A DNA stretch of 64,000 nucleotides from an uncultured Chloroflexia bacterium (GCA_963839635.1 CAWIVT010000008.1:381657-445656); one strand, 5' to 3'. Positions 30,012 to 40,031 are shown, numbered from the stretch's first letter. Numbers and translations are program-made. Notes: a model not told the origin generated them from the sequence alone.

Positions 30012-31171
30012 ATGACAGCCGCCACTCCTGGATCGTTGCGCGCGCGTGAGCTTGGGATCCAGATCGGACGCATGGAGCCCGGGCCGCTCAACGCGATCAC
30101 CGACGTCGCCGGCGTTCGCGTCGGCCACACGACGCTCATCGCCGGCGACGGGCCGCTGCGCCGAGGCGAAGGGCCGGTCCGGACGGGCGTCACGGTCGTC
30201 GTCCCGCATGACGGGACATCTGGACCGAGCCGGTGTTCGCCGGGTCGCATCGGCTCAACGGCAACGGCGAGCTGACCGGGCTGGAGTGGATCCGCGAGGC
30301 TGGCATGCTGGCCGGCGCGATCGGGATCACCAACACGCATACGGTCGGCGTCGTCCACGACGCGCTCATCGCGGCCGCCGCTCGCGCGCATCCGGCGGGC
30401 GACGACGTTCTGGGCGCTGCCGGTCGTGGGCGAGACGTACGACGGCGCGCTGAACGACATCGACGGCTTCCACGTACGGCCGGAGCACGTCGACGCGGCG
30501 CTGGCGGCCGCGAGCGACGGGCCGGTGGCCGAGGGCAACGTCGGCGGCGGGACCGGGATGATCTGCCACGAGCTCAAGGGCGGCATCGGCACCGCGTCGC
30601 GCCGCGCCGGCGACGGATGGACCGTCGGCGTGCTGGTCCAGGCCAACTACGGGACGCGCGAGCTGCTGCGCATCGATGGCGTGCCGGTCGGCGCAGCGAT
30701 CCCGCGCGACGAGGTGCCGTCCCCGTGGGACCAGGTCGAGGCGCTCAGTTCAAGGGCCGGGCCCGAGGGCGGCTCGATCATCGGCATCGTGGCAACCGAT
30801 GCGCCGCTCCTCCCCCACCAGTGCGCGCGGCTGGCGCAGCGGGTCGGGATGGGCGTTGCGCGCATGGGCAGCTACGCGTCGCACGGCTCGGGCGACCTGT
30901 TCTGCGCCTTTGCCACCGGCAACCGCGAACCTCTCGTACGATGCCGGCGAGGACGACCCGCGGCCCACGGTCGGACCTGCGCATGGTCGCCGACTCGAGC
31001 ACATCAACCCGCTGCTCGAGGCCGTCGTCGAGGCGCACCGAGGAGGCCATCACGAATGCGCTGCTCGCCGCGGAGACGATGACCGGGCGGGACGGCATCA
31101 CCGCCCATGCCCTCGACCCCCATCGGCTCGTCTCGGTGATGCGAGCCCACGGCCGGCTCGACCACGGCTGA
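30012..31171 (+). pseudogene. DmpA/S58 (P1) family aminopeptidase, frameshifted
   Basis: NAITDVAGVRVGHTT, NGNGELTG, VVGETYDG, GGGTGMICHELKGGIGTAS and GSGDLFCAFATGN are spread over at least 4 frame segments. Confidence 0.75.
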
Positions 31172-31273
31172 GCTCGTACGTCACATGACGTAGGGGGCGA
31201 TGGGCGCTTCGTCCGTGGCGCGACGGGTCCTCAGAGCTCGACACTTAGCGAGACCCAACCTCCCTCCAGGCGA

Positions 31274-31314
31274 ACGCCCCGCACGGTACCGAGCCCGAGC
31301 GGGGCGTTTGTCGT
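31274..31314 (+). terminator. rho-independent terminator after the DmpA-like gene
   Basis: 9-bp stem ACGCCCCGC/GCGGGGCGT followed by TTGTCGT. Confidence 0.5.
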
Positions 31315-31330
31315 CCCGGGAGAACCCTGG

Positions 31331-32278
31331 TCAGCGCTGGCGAGGATCGAGGGCGTCGCGCAGGCCGTCGCCGAGGAACGACGCGCTCATGACGATCGCC
31401 ACCAGGACCAGCCCCGGCCACGCGACGAGCGCCGGGTTGCGCAGGAAGTAGGTCCGCGCCTCGGTCAGCATGTTCCCGAGGCTCGCCTCCGGCTGGCTGA
31501 TCCCGAATCCCAGGAAGCTGAGTGCGGCCTCGATCACGACCGAGTCGGCCACGCCGAGCGTGGCGGCCACGATGATCGGCGCCAGGGCCGGGGGCAGCAT
31601 GTGGCGGACGATGATTCGCACGGGGCTGGCGCCGAGGGCGCGGGCGGCGGCGACGTAGTCCACCTCGCGCAGGCGCAGGAACTCGGCGCGCACCAGGCGG
31701 GCCGCGAGCGTCCACGACGTGATGCCGATGGCGATGATGATGACGAGCACGCTGCCACGACCCAGAAGCTGACGAGCGCCAGGATGATGAAGAGCGCCGG
31801 CAGGCTCAGCACGATGTCGACGATCCGCATCAGCAGGTTGTCGACCCAGCCGCCGACGTAGCCGGCGATCGAGCCCACGGTGATGCCCATCACGACGATG
31901 ATCAGGACCGCGGCGGTGCCGATGGAGAGACTCGTGCCCGTCGCCTTCGCCAGCCGGGCGAGCACGTTCTGGCCGATGTCGCTGTAGCCGAGCGGGGCGA
32001 TGCGCATGACGCCGGCCTCGTCGGTGCCGATCTCCGGTGGGGCGTTGACCTTCGACAGGACCGCCGCGCGCCAGGCATCGCCGGTGAGCGCGGGGATGAC
32101 GAGCGCGCCGACACGAGCACCGTCAGCACGACCAGGCCGACGACGGCCAGGCGGTTGCGGAGGAAGCGCTGACGGGCCAGCTGCCAGTAGGTCCGGACCG
32201 GGGTGCGGTCGAGCAGCTCGGCGATCGACCGAATCGATATCGCGTTCGGCCGCCGCCGCGGATCTCGAGCTGTGCCAT
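31331..32278 (-). pseudogene. peptide/nickel ABC transporter permease (DppC/OppC-like), frameshifted
   Basis: The C-terminal part ITSWTLAARLVRAEFLRLREVDYVAAARALGAS... is in ORF 31331..31750. Earlier parts are in ORFs 31534..32487 and 31902..33257. Confidence 0.7.
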
Positions 32279-32293
32279 CGGCCGGGACCTCCG

Positions 32294-33257
32294 TCAGGAG
32301 AGCTTGATGCGCGGGATCGGCGACCGCGTAGAAGACGTCGGCCAGCAGGTTGCCGAGCACGACGCCGACGCCGCCGATCATCACGAACGAGAGGACGACC
32401 GGGTAGTCGCGCTTGGCGACCGCGTCGACGCCCATGGGCCGACGCCGGGATAGCTGAAGATCGCCTCGGTGATCGCCGCCCCGCCAAGCAGCGTCGGGAT
32501 GGTGAGCCCGATGAGCGTGATCACGGGGATGATCGCGTTGCGCAGCGCGTGCTTGTACGTCACGCGGTGCGCGGGCAGGCCCTTCGCGCGCGCCGTGCGC
32601 ACGTAGTCCTGGTGGAGCACCTCGAGCATCGCCGCTCGAACGTAGCGCGACCAGCCGGCAACCTGCTGGATGGCGAGGCTGGCGCACCGGCAGAACCAGG
32701 TGCCAGGCAATGTCGACGGGATCACCGTCGCTGCCGAATGTCTCGAGGCCGAAGAGCGGGAACCATCCCAGCACGACGCCGCCGAAGAAGAGGAGGTAGA
32801 GCCCGAGGAGGAACGACGGGATCGCGTAGCCGATCGTCGCGAGGCTGCTGATGATCCGATCGGCCCAGCTGTACTGCCTGACCGCCGCCAGGATGCCGAG
32901 CGGGATGGCCAGCAGGATGGTCACGAGCAGCGCAGTGCCTCCCAGCAGCAGGGTGGCCGGCAGCCGCTCGGCGATCTTGTGGAGCACCGGCTGGCCGTCG
33001 AGGAACGAGTAGCCCCACGCCTCGGGACGCCAGACCTGGACGTATGTCGTGATCCAGCTGAAGAACTGCTCGTGGAGTGGCCGATCCAGCCCGTAGAGGC
33101 GGATGAGCCCCTCGAGCTGCTCAGGTCGGATCGTCGGGGTGCGAAACCGATCGATCGGGTCGCCCGGCGACAGGTGGACGAGCGCGAAGCTGACGATGGC
33201 GACGCCGAACAGGATCGGCACCGCCTGGATCATCCGCCGCGCGACGTAGCCGGCCAT
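32294..33257 (-). pseudogene. peptide/nickel ABC transporter permease (DppB/OppB-like), frameshifted
   Basis: MAGYVARRMIQAVPILFGV..., then ...[10 protein letters not shown]... in ORF 32381..32725. The canonical C-terminus DPRIKLS* is restored by removing one G from the run at 32313-32315. Confidence 0.7.
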
Positions 33258-33353
33258 GGCCTGGTCTGCCTCCGAGCTGGAAGGGGTGGTGGGCCGATGG
33301 CGCCCGACCGTGCGGGCGCCATCGGCTTCAGGTGGATGAGCCCTAGGTCGCGA

Positions 33354-35348
33354 TCACCCCTCGATCACGATCTTGTGGCGCTGCCACAGCCAGGTCGGCG
33401 ACTCGAGGTTGAGCTCGCCATCGGTGAACGTCATTCCGACGTGCATGCCGTCCCGCACCAGCGGCGCGTAGGCGAACAGGTACGGCTGCTCCTCGGCCAG
33501 GATCTCCTGGAACCGGAAGTACAGCTCGCGCCGCTCCTCCTGGTCGGTGGTTGCCAAGCCGGCCTCGATGATCTCGTCGACCTCCTCGTTGCAGTAGCCG
33601 ATGTAGTTGAAGAGCTCCGGCCGCTCAGCGGTGCTCACCTGGCTGCAGTGCCAGAGGCTGAACGGATCGGGATCGAGCGCCGCCGACCAGCCGCCGAAGT
33701 AGGCGTCGAAGCCGTCCTCCGCCCAGGCTCGGTCGAGGGCCGGGATCAGCACGGTCTGGAAGTCGGCCGGGTTGACGGTGATGTCGAACCCGCACTCCCG
33801 CACCTGCTCCGCGAGCAGCTGCATGAAGTTGATCCGGTCGCTCTGGCCGGCACGGACGAGGACCTCGGCCGAGAGACGCTGGCCGTCCTTCTCGTAGATC
33901 CCGTCGGCACCCTCCGTCCAGCCGGACTCCTCGATGAGCGCCCTGCCCGCGTCCACGTCGCGATCGACGCCCTGGACGTCGGGGTTGAAGGCCCACGATG
34001 CCGGTGGCGTCTCCGACTCGGTCGGCAGCGCGGTGCCGTTGGTTGCCGCGTCGACGGTTCCCGCCTTGTCGATGCAGAACTGCATCGCCCTTCGCAGGTT
34101 CACGTCGCTGAAGATGCGGCCCTCCCGAACGTTGAACTGGAGCTCCAGGTGCAGGAAGCCGGGGTATTCGGCGACCTTCACGGAGTCGGAGTCACGGATG
34201 GCCTCGTACGCGTCCGGGGTCATCTCCTCCACGTAGTCGACCTGGCCCGCCGCGAGCGCGCTGGCAGCGGCCACGAGGTCGGTGATGATCACAAAGTTCA
34301 TCGTCGGGGTGGCCGGGACGCCGGCGTGATAGTCGGGATGCGCCTCCAGGATCACGCTCTGGCCGACCTCGAACTCGACGAGACGGTACGGGCCGGTGCC
34401 GACCGGCGCGCGGTTGAACGGCAGGAGGCTGTAGACCGCGGCCACCGCGTCGAGACCCTCTGCCTCGAGCGAGGTCGCCACCCCGAGCAGGTCGGTGGAG
34501 AGGACCGTGCCGTAGCTGCAGGGATCAAAGCCCTCCTCGAAGGTGTGATCCTCGCGGCGTGGCAGCTGGACGCCGGCCTGGGTCAGGAGCGCCTCGGCCT
34601 CGGCGAGTGCCGCTTCACATCCGGCGGCATCGGGCTCCTCGGCCCCCGCCGGCTCATCGATCGCCGCGCCCGCGGCGCGCACGTCGGCCGGGTCGAGCGT
34701 CGCGGCCGCGCCGGTGAACTCCTCGTAGGCCGCCTCGATGACCGCCTTCGACTCGATCCCCAGCGTCGGGAGGATCAGGGTCGTGAAGGGCGAGTACGGC
34801 TGTGGGAGGGTGAACGCGATCGTCCGGTCGTCGATCACCTCGGCGCTCTCGACGAAGCCCTCGAGGCAGATCGACGGGTTGTAGGTGCAGTTCGGGCTGA
34901 TGGCGAGGTCGTAGCTGTACTTGACGTCCTCGGCCGTCATCGGCGAGCCGTCGTGGAAGCTGGCTTCGAGGATCGAGCATGTCCACACCAGGCCCTCGGC
35001 GTCGGGCTCGCACTCCGCGAGGTTCGGCACCGATTCGAGCGCGTCGTTGTACTGGTACAGAGCGTCGTAGATGAATGCCGCCAGATCCGCGGTGGGGTCG
35101 TCATCGGCCCCGTTGCTGATCTTGCCCGGCTGGCCGTCGAGCACCCAGGTGATAGAGTCGCGCGAGCCGGTCTCCCCACCGGGGTCGCCTGACGACCCGG
35201 GACCAGCGGAGGGTGCATCGGATCCCGTGGCCCCACCCGACGAACTCGTGCCGGCGCCACCACAGGCGGCGAGCAGCAAGCTGACGGTCGCGACCAGCGC
35301 GGCGTATCGCCACCTGCGTCGATTCATCGGTGTGTCGTCCTCCATCAC
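33354..35348 (-). CDS. ABC transporter substrate-binding lipoprotein, family 5 (peptide/nickel)
   Basis: 664 aa, intact. Lipobox LLAACGG and overall SBP_bac_5-like sequence. Confidence 0.9.
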   Translation of the reverse strand: MMEDDTPMNRRRWRYAALVATVSLLLAACGGAGTSSSGGATGSDAPSAGPGSSGDPGGETGSRDSITWVLDGQPGKISNGADDDPTADLAAFIYDALYQYNDALESVPNLAECEPDAEGLVWTCSILEASFHDGSPMTAEDVKYSYDLAISPNCTYNPSICLEGFVESAEVIDDRTIAFTLPQPYSPFTTLILPTLGIESKAVIEAAYEEFTGAAATLDPADVRAAGAAIDEPAGAEEPDAAGCEAALAEAEALLTQAGVQLPRREDHTFEEGFDPCSYGTVLSTDLLGVATSLEAEGLDAVAAVYSLLPFNRAPVGTGPYRLVEFEVGQSVILEAHPDYHAGVPATPTMNFVIITDLVAAASALAAGQVDYVEEMTPDAYEAIRDSDSVKVAEYPGFLHLELQFNVREGRIFSDVNLRRAMQFCIDKAGTVDAATNGTALPTESETPPASWAFNPDVQGVDRDVDAGRALIEESGWTEGADGIYEKDGQRLSAEVLVRAGQSDRINFMQLLAEQVRECGFDITVNPADFQTVLIPALDRAWAEDGFDAYFGGWSAALDPDPFSLWHCSQVSTAERPELFNYIGYCNEEVDEIIEAGLATTDQEERRELYFRFQEILAEEQPYLFAYAPLVRDGMHVGMTFTDGELNLESPTWLWQRHKIVIEG

Positions 35349-35527
35349 TCGTGTGGGGCGCGAGGCCGGGCGGAGGATCGGTCAAGATGAGACGGACCAG
35401 GACTCCTTACCGATGCGCCGCCCGACCGGCGCCGTTCCCATGCCTGTCCGTAGAATCAGTCAGGCTGAACACAATACGCGCTGTCGTACTCAGGGGTTCA
35501 TTTTTACTAAACACTCCGGCTGCGCCG

Positions 35528-36133
35528 ATGTCTGAGGCCCACCAGGCCAACGCGGCGCTCATCGGGGCGCGGCTGCGGGATCTGCGAGCGGCACGCGAGC
35601 TGTCGTTGCGCCAGCTGGCGCGGCTGATCGGAGCGAGCCCGAGCCTCCTCAGCCAGATCGAGAACGGCAAGGTCACGCCCTCGGTCGACACGCTCTATCT
35701 GCTCTCCGCGGCGCTGGCGGTACCCGTCGCGGCGTTCTTCGGCGTGCCGGCCGCGAACGAGTCAACGCCGGCCGGCGCATGGGTCGTGCGCGCGATGGAC
35801 CGGCAGCGGATCAACCTGGAGCGAGGGGTCACCTGGGAGAACCTGCTGCCGCACGAGGAAGCCGGGCTCCGGTTCATGGAGATCCGATACGCCCCCGGTG
35901 CCAACAGCGGCGAGCACATGCTGCGCCATCAGGGCCGCGACCTGTTCGTGGTGCTCGAGGGTGAGCTCGTCTTCAGAATCGGCTTCGGTGAGCATCGCCT
36001 GCATGCCGGCGACTCGATCAGCTTCGCCGACTACGAGCCCCATCAGCTCCGCAACGACGGCAAGGTCGAGGCCCGGGCGATCGTGTGCGTCATCGGCGAT
36101 CACGACATGGGACCGCCGGCTGAAGGGTCCTGA
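35528..36133 (+). CDS. XRE-family HTH regulator with C-terminal cupin domain
   Basis: LSLRQLARLIGASPSLLSQIENGK is an HTH_3 motif. The cupin part reads ...GEHMLRHQGRDLFVVLEG...GDSISF. Confidence 0.85.
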   Translation: MSEAHQANAALIGARLRDLRAARELSLRQLARLIGASPSLLSQIENGKVTPSVDTLYLLSAALAVPVAAFFGVPAANESTPAGAWVVRAMDRQRINLERGVTWENLLPHEEAGLRFMEIRYAPGANSGEHMLRHQGRDLFVVLEGELVFRIGFGEHRLHAGDSISFADYEPHQLRNDGKVEARAIVCVIGDHDMGPPAEGS

Positions 36134-36264
36134 GCGCCGATCTATCGGGTCAAGGCGCACATCTGTGCCCGCTCCGGCGTCGAATCACCCGATACATCGG
36201 GTCGCGGCGCACCGTGGAGCCTCTTCGCGTGCGAAATCACCCGATTTATCGGGTCGGCTGTGCC
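36134..36264. repeat. three direct repeat units (~50-bp period), each centred on a CCGAT-NN-ATCGG palindrome (the last two extend to ACCCGAT-NN-ATCGGGT)
   Basis: Palindromes at 36137-36148, 36187-36202 and 36238-36253. Units 2 and 3 share AATCACCCGAT..ATCGGGTCG. Confidence 0.6.
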
Positions 36265-36277
36265 TCGGAAGGAAATT

Positions 36278-36309
36278 GCGGCGCGACCCACGCCCCTGGG
36301 TCGCGCCGC
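36278..36309. terminator. perfect 13-bp GC hairpin (I-shaped terminator candidate)
   Basis: GCGGCGCGACCCA, a 6-nt loop, then TGGGTCGCGCCGC. No clear U-tract. Confidence 0.45.
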
Positions 36310-36518
36310 GAAGTTCTGGCTCAGACGGACGAGGTGGGTTGCGACGGCGTCATCGGACTCATCGACCACCGGAACCGCGGATCGCTCAGGCCACTGAGAC
36401 GCTCCGTGTCGCGATCCGTGCCGGCGGTACGTCGAGTCCGCGTCGCACCCGCCCGCCTCGTGACATGGATACGAGAGCGCAGGTGCAAACGTTCATTTCG
36501 GATCAACACCCTGGATCC

Positions 36519-36899
36519 TCAGGAGTGGCTGTCCTCGACCGGGACCGGCCGTCCGTCTTCGCCGACTGCCACGAACACGAAGCTCCCCGAGGTCGCCAGG
36601 CTTCGCGCGCCGGTCGCCACGTCCTCGGCAAACATGTCGACGCCGACGGTGACCGACGTGCGTCCGACGTGCGTCACGCGCGCCACCAGCTCCACCAGCT
36701 GGCCGGCACGGACCGGAACCTTGAACTCGACTCGATCCGAGGCGACCGTGACCATCGTGCGCCTGGCGCATCGGGTGGCAGCCACCCAGCCCGCGTGGTC
36801 CATCAGCCCCAGGGCGTGGCCACCGAACAGCGTGCCGTGATGATTCGTGTGGTTCGGCATGATCAGCTCCGCCAGCCGAACCTCCGGGTGCTCCGTCAT
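36519..36899 (-). CDS. acyl-CoA thioesterase (hotdog fold, YciA-like)
   Basis: Contains MPNHTNHHGTLFGGHALGLMD.... Confidence 0.85.
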   Translation of the reverse strand: MTEHPEVRLAELIMPNHTNHHGTLFGGHALGLMDHAGWVAATRCARRTMVTVASDRVEFKVPVRAGQLVELVARVTHVGRTSVTVGVDMFAEDVATGARSLATSGSFVFVAVGEDGRPVPVEDSHS

Positions 36900-36958
36900 C
36901 GGCCCAGATGGTATCCGGCGCGCGAAGCGGAAATCCGCATCGGGCGTAGACTTGGCTC

Positions 36959-37618
36959 ATGTTTGGATTCGGAAAGCCCAAGACTCTCACCTCGGAGGCC
37001 GATGCGCTCCCCGGCCGCGCCGAGCCGCTCCCCATCTCGGAGCGGTCCCTGATCAACGGCGCCAACGTGAAGCCGCCGTATCCGGCCGGCAGCGAAATCG
37101 CCGAGTTCGCCCTCGGCTGCTTCTGGGGCGAGGAGAAGCTCTTCTGGGAGCAGCCCGGGGTCATCGTGACCGCGGTGGGCTACCAGGGTGGCTTCACCCC
37201 GAACCCCACGTACGAGGAAGTCTGCGGCGGCAGGACCGGGCACGCCGAGACCGTCCGCGTCGTGTACGACCCAGCCCGCATCAGCTACGAGCAGCTGCTC
37301 AAGCTCTTCTGGGAAGCGCACGACCCAACGCAGGGCATGCGCCAGGGCAACGACGTCGGCACGCAGTACCGATCGGCGATCTTCACGCACACCGATGCGC
37401 AGGCGGCCGCCGCGAAGGCCTCGCGCGAGATGTACCAGGCCGAGCTCTCGAAGGCCGGCTACGGAGAGATCCAGACCGAGATCCGCCCGGCGCCCGAGTT
37501 CTTCTTCGCCGAGGACTACCACCAGCAGTACCTCGTCAAGAACCCTCGCGGCTATTGCCCGGTCCACGCGACCGGCGTGAAGCTCACCGGACCCATCGTG
37601 ACGATGGAGCAGGTCTAG
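36959..37618 (+). CDS. msrA: peptide-methionine (S)-S-oxide reductase
   Basis: Contains [19 protein letters not shown] and YHQQYL motifs. Confidence 0.95.
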   Translation: MFGFGKPKTLTSEADALPGRAEPLPISERSLINGANVKPPYPAGSEIAEFALGCFWGEEKLFWEQPGVIVTAVGYQGGFTPNPTYEEVCGGRTGHAETVRVVYDPARISYEQLLKLFWEAHDPTQGMRQGNDVGTQYRSAIFTHTDAQAAAAKASREMYQAELSKAGYGEIQTEIRPAPEFFFAEDYHQQYLVKNPRGYCPVHATGVKLTGPIVTMEQV

Positions 37619-37650
37619 CCCTCGGCAGGGGCGCGCGCCTTACGGAAACC

Positions 37651-37755
37651 TCATCGCGCGTCGCTGCGCGTCACCGCGAGAAGCCACATAACGGTGAGCA
37701 GCGCGAGTATCAGCAGCGCAAAGCCGAGCAACGAGCGCCCAAATTCCAGCTCCAT
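37651..37755 (-). CDS. 34-aa single-TM micropeptide (below ORF-track cutoff)
   Basis: GGAGGTG lies 6 nt upstream of the ATG. Reads MELEFGRSLLGFALLILALLTVMWLLAVTRSDAR. Confidence 0.35.
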   Translation of the reverse strand: MELEFGRSLLGFALLILALLTVMWLLAVTRSDAR

Positions 37756-37851
37756 GTCAGCCACCTCCGGGCAGGGTCAACCCCCCACTGCCTGCCGAAG
37801 GGCACCGACGGCGCAGCCAGCATACGACCCCGATGCAAGAGGTCGGGCGGC

Positions 37852-39063
37852 TCAGCGCGAGGTTGCGCGCACCTGGGCGACGAGGGTGTCGAATGGCGTG
37901 CCATCAAGCCCGCTGAGGAAGTCCTCGTCGCCCGGCAGCACCTCGGCGGCGCCATCGCGATTCACGACGACCCCGCGCATGACGACGAGCCGGTAGTAGT
38001 CGGCGTCCGCGCCGCCCTTGTTGCGCAGGAAGAAGAGGCTCTCCCCGACGGGAAGCGAGGTCCGCAGCGCGTCGATCAGGTCGGGGCCACCGAAGAGCGG
38101 GACCTCCAGGGTTACCTGCGCCGCGTGGGGTGATGGCAGTGTTCCTGTGACGGCTTCGTCGACGGCGATCGTGACGGCCGCGTAGTGCAGTGCGTGGTCG
38201 GCTACCCCGAACACACGGCCGGGCACGACGTCGACGACACGACCACGTACCACGGCGTCCGAGGCGCGAGCCATGTCGGGCAGCGTGGCGTAGTGCTCGA
38301 GCTCGGTGGCCTCGACGACGGTATCGGCCCAGGCCGAGAACCGCGGCTGAGTTCGCAGCGGCACGCCGTCCATCGGCAGCTGCCGGCGCGACGGAGGGTG
38401 CATCGTGTAGTTGTAGGCGTCGATATGGTCGCGATCGACCTGGTCGAGCCCGGTCGGCCCGTCGAACGTGTTGGCGTTCATGCAGGTGGCGGCCGGCGGT
38501 CCGGCGCTCCCGGGCGGGTTTCCCCAATGCCGGAGCCCGAGCGTATGACCGAGCTCGTGGCACGCCACGTGGTCGCGACTGCCGTCATCGGCGAAGTAGA
38601 TCGCGACGCTCGGGTTCAGGTTGAAATGCAGCTCCTGCCCCTGGCACCATCGGTGGCGCTGACGGTTGACACCCTGCCGAGAGTCGGGCGGGCAGTTCAC
38701 CCAGCCGGCGGCGCCGTTGTTGCCGTAGTCCTGGCTGAAGGCGATGACGTCGGTCTCCGGCGTGATCCCGTCCTGGAGGATCATCTCGAGCTTCGTTGGG
38801 TCGTAGTCCTCGAACATCGCGTCGCGAAGCGACTCGGCCAGGCCGATGGTCAGCGTGGCATCGAACGCAACGTGGTGACGCGTGTCGTTTCCGACGCTGC
38901 TGCAGCGCTGTGGGCTGATGTTCGGACGCCTGCAGGTCGAGAACGACCCGATCGGTCGCCCGGCATGGTGCGCCGCGATAGGACCCGCCGCCTGGGTGAG
39001 CGCCATCAGGATCGCCATGGACACCACCAGACCACGCCGGAGAGAGCTCGGGATGCGGGTCAC
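37852..39063 (-). CDS. secreted zinc metalloprotease (metzincin-like)
   Basis: Signal peptide. HELGHTLGLRH matches the HExxHxxGxxH motif. Confidence 0.8.
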   Translation of the reverse strand: MTRIPSSLRRGLVVSMAILMALTQAAGPIAAHHAGRPIGSFSTCRRPNISPQRCSSVGNDTRHHVAFDATLTIGLAESLRDAMFEDYDPTKLEMILQDGITPETDVIAFSQDYGNNGAAGWVNCPPDSRQGVNRQRHRWCQGQELHFNLNPSVAIYFADDGSRDHVACHELGHTLGLRHWGNPPGSAGPPAATCMNANTFDGPTGLDQVDRDHIDAYNYTMHPPSRRQLPMDGVPLRTQPRFSAWADTVVEATELEHYATLPDMARASDAVVRGRVVDVVPGRVFGVADHALHYAAVTIAVDEAVTGTLPSPHAAQVTLEVPLFGGPDLIDALRTSLPVGESLFFLRNKGGADADYYRLVVMRGVVVNRDGAAEVLPGDEDFLSGLDGTPFDTLVAQVRATSR

Positions 39064-39101
39064 GTGGCCATCGTCCGTGGGGTCCTCATCGGTGTCAACA
39101 G

Positions 39102-39117
39102 TAGAACGCCTGTTCTA
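39102..39117. promoter_or_regulatory. LexA/SOS box (TAGAAC-N4-GTTCTA) overlapping the promoter of the radical SAM gene
   Basis: Perfect palindrome of the Gram-positive GAAC-N4-GTTC type. TATACT at 39116-39121 ends 6 nt before ATG 39128, so the transcript is likely leaderless. Confidence 0.6.
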
Positions 39118-39127
39118 TACTGGTCCG

Positions 39128-40030
39128 ATGCACGCCACCTACCGCGAAGAGCCGTGCCGGACGGCGATCAACCGCGTGACCGGCATGGGCTTTCGCTGGA
39201 GCCTCAACCCGTACATGGGATGCGCGCATCGGTGTGCCTTCTGTTACGTGCGAGGTTTCGAGCGACGCGCGGACCGGCCATCCGACGAGCGCTACGGCGC
39301 AAACGTCCGCGTCAAGGTCAATGTGGTGGAGGTGCTGCGCGCCGAGCTGGCACGCCGCAGCTGGCGACGAGAGCTCGTGGCGATCGGCGCCGCGACCGAC
39401 CCGTATCAGCCGGCCGAGGGCCGGTACCGCCTCACGAGGGGGTGCATCCAGGCCCTGGGCGCGGCCCGCACGCCGTTCAGCATCATCACGCGGGGTCCGC
39501 TCATCGTGCGCGACGTGGACGTGCTCACGGATGCAGCCCGCCGCGCCGAGGTGATGGTCAGCGTCAGCATCGCCACACTGGACGAGTCGCTCAGCTCCCG
39601 CCTCGAGCCCGGTGTCGCTCCGCCACGCCAGCGCCTGCGCGCCATCCGGACGCTGTCCGAGGCGGGCATCGCCGCGGGGGTGGCGCTTGCGCCGGTCCTG
39701 CCGGACATCACCGATGCGCCGCGTTCCATGGCCGCCGTGCTCGACGCCGCTCGCGAGGCGGGCGCGACGCACGCGTGGTCGAATGTGCTCAACCTGCGAC
39801 CCGGCACCCGCGAGCACTTCCTCGGGGTGCTCGAGCGCGAGTGGCCGTCCGAGCTCGAGCGCTATCGGCGGCTCTACCCCGCCGGAGGGTCGGGCTACCT
39901 TGCGGCGGTCGATGCCGGACCGATCGAACGCCGCGTGGCGGCGGTGCGCCGCGGCGCTCGCATCGCCGACCGACGCCGAATCGTCCTCACGCCGCCACTC
40001 GAGCCGGAGCAGCTGCCGCTGGCGATCTAG
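39128..40030 (+). CDS. radical SAM protein, SplB-like / Rv2578c family (DNA-repair photolyase-like)
   Basis: CAHRCAFCY matches the CxxxCxxC motif. 300 aa with family-typical sequence. Confidence 0.85.
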   Translation: MHATYREEPCRTAINRVTGMGFRWSLNPYMGCAHRCAFCYVRGFERRADRPSDERYGANVRVKVNVVEVLRAELARRSWRRELVAIGAATDPYQPAEGRYRLTRGCIQALGAARTPFSIITRGPLIVRDVDVLTDAARRAEVMVSVSIATLDESLSSRLEPGVAPPRQRLRAIRTLSEAGIAAGVALAPVLPDITDAPRSMAAVLDAAREAGATHAWSNVLNLRPGTREHFLGVLEREWPSELERYRRLYPAGGSGYLAAVDAGPIERRVAAVRRGARIADRRRIVLTPPLEPEQLPLAI

Positions 40031-40031
40031 C

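Noticed and set aside
31177-31192. TACGTCA-CA-TGACGTA palindrome just after the DmpA-like stop
   Set aside because: It is a single occurrence in a 3' position with no gene to regulate. It is possibly part of the termination region.
32670-35192. Very long ORFs in the track (for example 32670..35192 +, 840 aa; 38185..40278 +, 697 aa; 46506..48542 -, 678 aa; 16940..18733 +; 14714..15847 +)
   Set aside because: They lie antisense to, or out of frame with, genes that have clear conserved motifs. Their products are Arg/Gly/Pro/Asp-rich and low in complexity. These are typical shadow ORFs of high-GC DNA.
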